Source of the DNA: Mobula hypostoma
Taxonomy: Eukaryota
Direction: 5' to 3'
Length of the DNA: 64,000 nt
Assembly: GCF_963921235.1 (NCBI RefSeq)
Contig: NC_086097.1
Coordinates: forward strand, 254,884,001 to 254,948,000
In this document: piece by piece, positions 24,397 to 34,046 of the stretch
Position numbering within the stretch: position 1 is the stretch's first letter
How the letters are laid out: each line of letters begins with the position of its first letter
The notes under the pieces: model-generated
What the model was told of the DNA's origin: nothing
The model's database searches: none
The model's input: the letters and a program-made list of their open reading frames with translations, nothing else
Program-made: the position numbers and the translations under genes

Positions 24397-24469
24397 GGGG
24401 AATTAGCTCAAATGGTAGAGCGCTCGCTTACCATGCGAGAGGTAACGAGATCGATGCTCTCAGTCTCCA
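24397..24469 (+). pseudogene. tRNA-Ala-derived gene with ACC anticodon and damaged T stem
   Basis: Loop TTACCAT; T stem ACGAG/CTCTC; acceptor 3' strand AGTCTCC. Confidence 0.85.
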
Positions 24470-24967
24470 TTGGAATTTTGTTTTCAGAGGCACTCGTTTC
24501 ATTAAATTGCTCTGAAGTTTGGGATGTACAAAAGACACGTGTGGCGGAGAGGGAGAAGAACGTGTCTCAGTCAAAGGAAAGGGGCAAATTTGCTGCGTTG
24601 AAAGCAGATACGAGGAAAAGCTAGCTGGCAGCTGGTGATTCAGTAATGCATGAGCTGTAGTCGGCCATTCAGAAAGAAATCAGTTCAGTGGTTAAATGGA
24701 AATTGCCCTGGACACTGGGCGAAATGAGAAAGCGGAGCAGCCTTTGATTTTGACAGGCAAAGAAGATCAAACAGCTGTGTTGGAGTCGCACCGAGAAAGG
24801 GGATAAGCTCGGTGATGTGCGTCATCCGGTCGCCTGTGGCCCGTAGTGCTGGAAGGACTAGATATTGCATTTGGCAGGCTGTTGCTGTGGGTCGACAGAC
24901 ACTAGGATGAAAATCTGTATAATCGTTGTCGGTTGGAGCCAACGTGGCGAAGCTTGGTGTCGCTTTT

Positions 24968-25053
24968 CCTTCGATAGCTCAGTTGGTAGAGCGGAGGACT
25001 GTAGAGGAAGTGGAGTCATCCTTAGGTCGCTGGTTCGAATCCGGCTCGAAGGA
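24968..25053 (+). tRNA. tRNA-Tyr(GTA) with intron, intact
   Basis: Exons match consensus; intron aggaagtggagtc; TTTT terminator. Confidence 0.96.
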
Positions 25054-25581
25054 TCGGGACTTCTTTTACTACGCATCATGTCACAATGGCGTGGGCAAGG
25101 GAGCAAGGGTGGACCTAAATGCAAGACACATCTTGTGAGGCTACTTAGATTTAGTTTATTGTTCGATACCAGGAGAGCAAGGCAGGAGCAGGAGTAGCGA
25201 ACTGGATTAGGACTCGGGACTACGACTAGGCTGGGACCAATGGTCTGGGCTAGGACTCGGAATCGGCTCCCAGAACTGGAGGAGATATGAAGAGGCTCGG
25301 TTATGGACTCCGAGCCCGAGACTGGGCAAGGACCCAGTACCTGGGTCTTGCCACGGGCGCGGACCCCAGAACCAGGCATGGACATGACATGGGCTAGGGA
25401 GAGTCGGAACATGAAAACACAGAGCCTCGGTCTCGGGAGAGCAGGTACCTGGAACCATGGACACATACAAAGAACAGAGAGTCGGGACCCCTCCTTGGGT
25501 ACAGGACATACGGCCAGGACTCACACACAGAACAGAGAGCCGGGACCCCTCCTTGGGTATAGGACATAGGGCCTGGACTCA

Positions 25582-25795
25582 TGACCCTCCGCGGGGCAAC
25601 GGCAAGACGGCCTGACTTACCCCACGGAGGCGAGGACAAGACATAACAAGACATGATCCCCCGCGGGGCAACGGCAAGACGCCTGACTTATCCCACGGAG
25701 GCGAGCACAAGACAAGACAAGACACGATTCCCCGCCGGGCTACGGCAGACGGCCTGAGTTACCCCACGGAGGCGAGGTCAAGCCAAGACAAGAAC
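25582..25795. repeat. ~70-bp tandem repeat (3 copies) inside the solo LTR
   Basis: CCGCGGGGCAACGGCAAGACGGCCTGACTTACCCCACGGAGGCGAG...CAAGAC recurs three times. Confidence 0.8.
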
Positions 25796-25980
25796 AACAC
25801 GAATGGACACCAGACAGTGCCTATCTAGCTCCGGTGATGGAACTAGACCGAAGTGCAGACGGTGGCTGCAGACGAGGGCTAGACGCGAGAGTGGCAGAGA
25901 AGGGATTCAGATAAGCGGGTAGGACAGGAATCACAGACCGCCAGGGCCAGGACTAGACTCGGAACTGGAAAGCCGCCAGG

Positions 25981-26215
25981 ACCAGGACTTGACATGGTAC
26001 TTGAATGCCGCCAGAGCCAGGACTTGGACGTGGTAATTGAACACTGCCTGCGCCAGGACTTGAACGTGGTACTTGAACACCGCCTGGGGCAGGACTTGGA
26101 CGTGTTACTTGGATGCGGCCGGAGCCAGGACGTGGACGTGGTACTTGGATACCGCCGGAGCCAGGACGTGGACCTGGTACTTGGATACCGCTGGAGCCAG
26201 GACGTGGTGCTTGGG
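25981..26215. repeat. 36-bp minisatellite (~6.5 copies) inside the solo LTR
   Basis: GCCAGGACTTGGACGTGGTACTTGGATACCGCCGGA-like unit; gives a 12-aa periodicity in the ORF track. Confidence 0.85.
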
Positions 26216-28274
26216 ACCTCCGGGTAGTGCCGAGCTGTCGACTCGGCCCGGGAACAGTTCACAGCGGCTCTTGATTCTCTCCGGCGGGTTAACTGACGGA
26301 CCCACCTTGATGAGGAAACTTTGGAGGCTCGCTTCGGCGAGGTAACTGGACAGGATTGTTCCGGTGAGGAAAGGCGAATTACCGGCACTCGCTTCGGGCG
26401 GAGACAAGGCTTGCTCCGGCCAGATGACATTGGCACGCCGTGACTTTGCAGACGCTCCGCAACCGAACGGCTGAAAGCCGGAGCCTGTAAACTACCGGTT
26501 CAGCGGAGTGTTAATTGCCTTTAATCACAAAAGTCGAGGGATACGGGAAAACAGGGAATCAACGGTCCGGATCGTAACAGAAACAAGCTAAATTTAAAGG
26601 GACCCCGATCCGGAGCATGACACATCAATTCCGTATTACAGAGCTTCTCGGTGGCACAAGACTGCAGTCCGAATTGCTCTGACTCGTGACGATATAGAAT
26701 ACAGAGGCATCTAATCAAATAACAGGCAAGGCCAGCAGATCACTGGGTCACATTTCAGAGCGCTATGTCCTCACGCTTGCTGCTCTGACAGTATGACAAC
26801 TCTCACTCGTCCTAAAGTAACAGAAAGACAGAAATATTAGATTAGATTAGATCAGATTATGAGGACACTCAATCCTCGTTTATTGTAATTTTTAAAATGC
26901 ATGCTTTAAAAAATGATACAATGTTCGTCCGGTATGATATCACAGAAACACAAGACAGTCCAAGAGTAAATCTGACAGAAACCACATAATTCTACCGTAT
27001 AGTTACAACAGTTGAAAGCAAAAGCGTAATTTGATAGGAGCAGACCATGGGCACTGAAAAAAAATCTCAAAGCTCCGATGGCCTCATCATCTCACGCAGA
27101 CGGTAGAAGGAAGAAACTCCCCCTACCATGAGCTTCCAGCGCCGCGAATTTGCCGATGCAGCGTCCTGGAAGCACCCGACCACGGTCCGGATGTGTGTCC
27201 TTCCGAAAACTTCCAGCCTCCGACCAGCCCTCCGATTCCGAGCACCGAGCACAATCTCTGCGGAGCGCATCGACCCGGGCCCCGGCCGCCAAGCAACAGG
27301 GAAAGCGGAGGATTCGGGGCATTCCCCTCCGGAGATTTCCGATCACACAGTAGCAGCGGCAGCGAAGAAGGCATTTCAGAAATTTCACCAGATGTTCCTC
27401 CGTGCTCTCACGTCTGCCTTCATCAAATCAGAATTGTGCACGACCTCCTACTTGACAGATAACAGATACACATCACCGGAGAGGCCGGGCGTAGCAAGTG
27501 TACAGAGGAAGAGACCGACACAAAGGCCCAGATGGAACATCGGTGACCTCTTCGTTGGAAGACATTTAGCAATCAGTCTAGGTTGAGCGATTCCAAACTG
27601 CACGAGCAAGGGATGCCAGAATCTGAATTTCGGCGCATCGTTGGAGGGCACCGTTGAAAACGAAGGCAGCTGACGACATTGTTACCGGCCTTGTGTCGTT
27701 TCCATATATCCGCTGATGTGCAATTCAGCTCATCTGTGTGGTGGCACAAGTCGGGAGAAAAATCTTCATATTTCAGCAAGAGCTTTGAAGTGGGAGTTGT
27801 GAAACAGAAGAGGCAGATGTGCATTAAATGTACAAGGTCATGAAATTGGAGCGCCCTGCACAAGCGAGCTCTTGGAACAGCAGGTTTGCAGTGTGCGTAT
27901 GTCTGCAGTGTTTTGTCCCTCCTATCATCGTCCAGGAGAGAGGCAATTCGTCCATTGTTGATTGAATTCAGTCATTGAGCTTTTCAGCTGATTTGTCATT
28001 TGGCTGTACTTTTCCAAAACTGTCGGAGAATGCGGCAACGAAACAGACAGCAATGGCAGATCCGAGATTGCTCACTTTGATAGCAGTGTAGATTTCCAGC
28101 AGAATGTTGAGTCGTAGATGGAGTTTTACAATCTGCCAGAAGAAATGGAAGACGCGGCCATCTCCTTGGTTCACGAAGAAGTTCTGCTTCTGACACATGA
28201 GTACTCGCCGGGGCGTAATAATACAGGAAAAGAGAATGCGGAAAGGATGCTAACTGTGGTGTTGTTGGTGATAT

Positions 28275-29985
28275 AGAACCATAGAAACTACAGCACAGAA
28301 ACAGGCCTTTTGGCCCTTCTTGGCTGTGCCGAACCATTTTCTGCCTAGTCCCACTGACCTGCACACGGACCATATCCCTCCATACACCTCCGATCCATGT
28401 ATCTCTCCAATTTATTCTTAAATGTTAAAAAATAACCCGCATTTACCACCTCATCTGCCAGCTCATTCCATACTCCCACCACTCTCTGTGTGAAGAAGCC
28501 CTCCCCCAATGTTCCCTTTAAACTCCCCCCCCCCTCACCCTTAACCCATGTCCTCTGGTTTTTTTTCTCCCCTTGCCTCAGTGGAAAAAGCCTGCTTGCT
28601 TTCACTGTATCTATACCCATCATAATTTTATATACATCTATCAAATCTCCCCTCATTCTTCTACACTCCAGGGAATAAAGTCCTAACCTATTCAACCTTT
28701 CTCTGTAACTGAGTTTCTCAAGTCCCGGCAACATCCTTGTAAACCTTCTCTGCACTCTTTCAACCTTATTTATATCCTTCCTGTAATTTGGTGACCAAAA
28801 CTGAACACAATACTCCACATTCGGCCTCACCAATGCCTTATACAACCTCATCATAACATTCCAGGTCTTATACTGAGTACTTTGATTAATAAAGGCCAAT
28901 GTACCAACAGCTCTCTTTACGACTCTATCTACCTGTGACAACACTTTTAGGGAATTTTGTATCTGTATTCCCAGATCCCTCTGTTCTACTGCACTCCTCT
29001 GTGCCTTACCATTAACCCTGTATGTTCTACCTTGGTTTGTCCTTCCAACGTGCAATACCTCACGCTTGTCTGTATTAAACTCCATCTGTCATTTTTCAGC
29101 CCATTTTTCCAGCTGGTCCAAGTCCCTCTGCAGGCTCTGAAAACCTTCCTCACTGTCTTCTACACCTCCAATCTTTGTATCATCAGCAAACTTGCTGATC
29201 CAATTTACCACATTATCATCCAGATCATTGATATAGATGACAAATAACAATGGACCCAGCACTGATCCCTGTGGCACACCACTAGTCACAGGCCTCCACT
29301 TGGAGAAGCAATTCTCTACTCCTCCCACTCTTTGGCTTCTTCCATTGAGCCAATGTCTAATCCAATTTACCACCTCTCCATGTCTACCTAGCGACTGAAT
29401 TTTCCTAACTAACCTCCCATGCGGGACCTTGTCAAAGGCCTTACTGAAGTCCATGTAGACAATATTACTGCCTTCCCTTCATCCACTTTCCTGCTAACCT
29501 CCTCGAAAAACTCCGATAGATTGGTCATACATGACCAACCATGCACAAAGCCATGTTGACTCTCCCTAATAAGTTCCTGTCTATCTAAATGCTTGTAGAT
29601 TCTGTCTCTTAGTACTCCCTCCAATAACTTACCTACTACCGGCGTTAAATTTACCGGCCTATAATTTCCCGGATTACTTTCGATTCTTTTTTAAACAACG
29701 GAACAACATGAGCCACTCTCCAATCCTCCGGCACCTCACCCGTAGACAGCGACATTTTAAATATTTCTGCCAGGGCCCCCGCAATTTCAATACTAGTCTC
29801 CTTCAAGGTCCGAGGGAACACCCTGTCATGTCCCGGGGATTTATCCACTTTAATTTTCCTCAAGACAGCAAGCACCTCCTCCTTTTCAATCTGTACAGTT
29901 TCCATGATCTCACTACTTGATTCACTTAATTCCATTGACTTCATGCCAGTTTCCTTAGTAAATACAGACGCAGTAAATACATTAA
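28275..29985 (-). mobile_element. CR1 LINE family B, 5'-truncated and frameshifted
   Basis: RT fragments ([19 protein letters not shown]), (TTCTATGG)n-type tail, ATAT on both flanks. Confidence 0.92.
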
Positions 29986-30385
29986 ATATCTGGGTGTTGA
30001 GGGGCGAGATTTCAGTTGAGGTGAATACGGATGTTCACGGAAGCGGCGCATTACACGATATGTTTTGGTGTCTCTGTGAGGAAGTGATTGTACGCTGAAT
30101 GTTTGTCGCTACATTGAAGTGGAGATATTGATTCCAAATGCAATAACAATCGGTTGTAAAAATAGACAGAAGGATAATTCTTTTCATGCGCGAGAATGAA
30201 TTGTCGTTTGGGGACATGAAAGGTGACAGTGGCAGAGAGCGACCGTATGTGTGTCTGAGTGGTTGGTTGATGATTGAGTGAGTGTGTCTGTCTGTGAGCT
30301 GATGATTGTGCAACGGTGAGCAGTGACAGGCATGCAATGGTGCTTGTAGCGCTGAGCAAATTACAGGAGGTGAACCGGATGTGCT

Positions 30386-30458
30386 GGGGAATTAGCTCAA
30401 ATGGTAGAGCGCTCGCTTAGCATGCGAGAGGTAGCGAGATCGATGCTCGCATTCTCCA
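30386..30458 (+). tRNA. tRNA-Ala(AGC), intact array consensus
   Basis: All stems paired, G3:U70, A and B boxes, TTTT terminator. Confidence 0.97.
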
Positions 30459-30956
30459 TTGACATTTTGTATTCACAGGCACTGGTCTCATCAAATTGCT
30501 CTGAGGTTTGGGATGCAAAAAAGCTAGGGGTGGCGGAGAGGGAGAGGAACGTGTCTCAGTCAAAGAAAAGGGGGAAACCTGCTGCACTGAAGGCAGATAC
30601 GAGTAAGAGCCATCTGGCAGCTGGTGCTTTAGAAATGCATGAGCTGCAGGTGACCTTTCAGACAGAAGTGAGTTAAGTGGTCAAAAGAAAATTGCCCTGG
30701 ACACTGGGCGAAATGAGAAAGCTGAGCAGCCTTTGATTTTGAAAAGCAAAATAGATCAAAGAGTTGTGTTGGAATCGCACCTAGAATTGTGATAAGCTCG
30801 GTGATGTGCGTCATCCGGTCGCCCATGGCCCCTAGTGCTGGAAGGACTGGACATTACAATTGGCAGGCTGTTGCCATCGTTCGACAGACACTAGGATGAA
30901 AATCTGCATAATCATTTTCGGTAGGAGCCAACGTGGTGAAGCTTGGTGTCACTTTT

Positions 30957-31042
30957 CCTTCGATAGCTCAGTTGGTAGAGCGGAGGACTGTAGAGGAAAT
31001 GGAGTCATCCTTAGGTCGCTGGTTCGAATCCGGCTCGAAGGA
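30957..31042 (+). tRNA. tRNA-Tyr(GTA) with intron, intact array consensus
   Basis: 37-nt exon, 13-nt intron, 36-nt exon, TTTT terminator. Confidence 0.97.
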
Positions 31043-31500
31043 TCGGGACTTCTTTTCCTACGCAGATCATCAATTCCGTACTACAGAGCCACTCGGTGGC
31101 ACAAGACTGCACTCCGAATTGCTCCGACTCGTGACGGGATAGAATACAGGGGATCTAATCAAATAACAGACAAGGCCAGCAGATCACTGGGTCACATTTC
31201 AGAGCGCTATGTCCTCACGCTTGCTGCTCTGACAGTACGACAACTCTCACTCGTCCTAAAGTAACACAAAGATAGAATTATTAGATTAGATATGATTAGA
31301 TGATGAGGGCACTCAGTCCTCGTTTACTGTAATTTTAAAATGCATGCGTTAAAAAATGATACCATGTTCCTCCGGTATGATATCACAGAAACACAAGACA
31401 GACCAAGACTAAAACTGACAAAAACCACATAATTCTACCAACATACATAAAAGTTCCTGGTGAACGCAGCAGGCCAGGCAGCATCTCTAGGAAGAGGTGC

Positions 31501-31536
31501 AGTCAACGTTTCAGGCCAAGAGCCTTCGTCAGGACT
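31501..31536 (-). ncRNA. Minimal hammerhead ribozyme, GUU cleavage triplet variant
   Basis: AGTC-CTGACGA-AGGCtcttgGCCT-GAAAC-GTT^GACT. Confidence 0.75.
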
Positions 31537-31841
31537 AACTGAAGGAAGAGTGAGGAAGAGATTTGAAAGTGGGAGGGGTAGTGGGAGATTCAAAATGATA
31601 GGAGAAGACAGGAGTCGGAGGGATGGAGCCAAGAGCTGGACAGTTGATTGGCCAAAGGGATATGAAAGGATCATGGGACAGGAGGCCCAGGGAGAAGGAA
31701 AACGCGTGTGGGGGGTAGCGGGGAACCGAGAGGATGGGCAAGGGGTATAGTCAGAGAGACAGAACGAGAAAAAGGAGAGCGAGAGAAAGAATGTGTGTAT
31801 AAAAATAAATAACGGATGGGGTACGAGGGGGAGGTGGGGAA

Positions 31842-32168
31842 TTAGCGGAAGTTAGAGAAGTCAATGTTCATGCCATCCGGTTGGAGGCTACCCAGACGGA
31901 ATATAAGATGTTGTTCCTCCAACCTGAGTGTGGCTTCATCTTTACAGTAGAGGAGGCCGTGGATAGACATATTAGAATGGGAATAGGATGTGGAATTAAA
32001 ATGTGTGGGCACTGGGAGATCCTGCTTTCTCTGGTGGACGGAGCGTTGGTGTTCAGAAAAACGATCTCCCAGTCTGCGTCGGGTCTCGCCGATATATAGA
32101 AGGCCACAACGGGAGCACCGGACGCAGTATATCACCCCAGCCGACTCACATGTGAAGTGTCCCCTCAC
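31842..32168 (-). pseudogene. GIY-YIG endonuclease domain of the Penelope ORF (open fragment)
   Basis: GVIYCVRCSRCGLLYIGETRRRLGDRFSEH...RLEEQHLIFRLGSLQPDGMN. Confidence 0.9.
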
Positions 32169-34046
32169 CTGGAAGGACTGTCTGAGGCCCTGTATGGTGG
32201 CAAGGGAGGAAGTGTAAGGGTATGTGTAGCACTTGTTCCGCTTACAAGGATAAGTGCCAGGAAGGAGATCAGTGGGGAGGGATGGGGGCGGGGGGCGGAA
32301 CGACGAATGGACAAGGGAGTCGCGTAGGGAGCGATCCCTGCCGAACGCAGAGAGAGAGTGGGGGAGGGAAAGATGTGCTTAGTGGTGGGATCCCGTTAGA
32401 GGTGGCGGAAGTTACGGTGAATAATATGTTGGACCTGGAGGCTGGTGGGGTGGTAGGTGAGGACCGGAGGACTAATTCCGTTAGACGGAGCAGACTGGTG
32501 GTAGAGGGGAACTGATTAGGTCTGGAATCCAAAAAGTAGCGGAGAACTTTGAGACCTTCCTGATGGTGTATGGAAGTATATAGGGACTGGACATCCATGG
32601 TGAAAATAAAGCGGTGGGGGCCAGGGAACTAACAATCATCGAACAATTTAAGAACGTGAGAAGTGTCACGAACATACGTAGGAAGGGATTGAACAAGGGG
32701 GGGATAAAACCGTGTCGAGGTATGCAGAACCGAGTTCGGTCGGGCAGGAGCAATCTGACACAATAGGTCTGCCAGGACAGACAGGTTTGTAGATCTTGGG
32801 TAGGAGGTAGAAATAGGAAGTGCGAGGTGTGGGAACTATAAGGGTGGTAGCAGTTGATGGGAGATCCCCTGAGCGGATAAAGTCGGTGATAGTGTGGGAG
32901 ACAATGGCCTCGTGCTCCTTAGTGGAGTCACGATCGAGGAAAATAGGAGGAGGTATCCGCGAGTTGTCGCTGTGCCTCGGTAAGGTAGAGGTCAGTACGC
33001 CAGACTACAACAGCAACCCCCTTATCGGCGGGTTTAATAGTAAGGTTAGGATTAGTGCGGAAGGAGTGGAGAGCAGAGCAAGGCTGGAATGGGAACAAGG
33101 TGCGGTGAAGTCGAGACCGTTGATGTCCCGTCGGCATTTGGCAATAAAGAGATCCAGAGCAGGCAGAAGACTAGAGCGGGGTGTCCATGAAGAGGAGGAG
33201 AGTTGAAGACGGGAGAAGGGGTCATCGGTGGGGGTGGAAGAGTCCTTGCCGAAGAAGTAGGCTCGGAGACGGAGACGGCGGAAGAAGAGTTCCACATCAT
33301 GGCGAACGCGGAACTCGCTGAGGTGTGGGCGAAGGGGTACAAAGGTGAGGCCCTTACTCAGGACAGATTGTTCTGTCTCAGGCAGTTAAAGGTCGGAGGG
33401 GATGGTAAAGACCCGGCATGGATGAGAGCTGGGATCAGAGGGCGGAGGGGGGATGCTGGGGGTGTCAGTGGAGAGGGGAGGGTTGGGGTGAGAGGAAGAT
33501 GGAGCCTCTGAGGGCCCAGAAGCTGACGGTGGGATCTGAGGGACACGGGGTTGCAGAGTGATGGTGGGGGAAGGGGAGACGGGAGTCACAATAGCAGCAC
33601 ATAAAGACCCGGCCTGGAGTTCAAGGCTGCAGTCGCAGTTGATGGTAGCGCAATAACTTTGAAGGTGCCCATGGTCGTTGCTGGAGTCCGGGTTTTGAAT
33701 ATGCCCTGAGGTGCTGGAGCCGGCGAGATCAATGGCAGCGGCCGTAATCGGAAGTTCATGCCTGCTAACATCAGGGCCAGCAGGCTCTGGGGTCTGCAGA
33801 TGTAATCAATACCGTAATTTGATAAGAGCAGACCATGGGCAAGGTAAAAAAAAAGTCTCAAAGTCCCAATGGCCTCACATTCTCACGCAGCCGGTAGAAG
33901 GAAGAAACTCCCCCTGCCATGAGCTAGCAGCGCCGCGAACTTGCTGATGCAGCGCCCCCGAAGCACCCGACCACAGTCTGACTCTGAGTCCGTCCGAAAA
34001 CTCCGAGCCTCCGACCAGCCCTCCGACACCAAGCACCGAGCATCAT

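Larger units (their letters stand above)
25079..26622 (-). mobile_element. Solo LTR (1544 bp), probably Gypsy-type
   Basis: TGTCA...TGACA termini, 5-bp TSD CATCA (25074-25078 and 26623-26627), minus-strand AATAAA near 25155, no coding domains. Confidence 0.8.
31439..33806 (-). mobile_element. Penelope-like retroelement (copy 3)
   Basis: Same 5' truncation point and right flank CAATACCGT (33807-33815); ~30 bp of the left flank is missing. Confidence 0.9.

Noticed and set aside
25981..26215. 36-bp repeats resembling a CRISPR array or a repeat protein
   Set aside because: Contiguous degenerate units without unique spacers, inside a solo LTR, in eukaryotic DNA with no cas genes.
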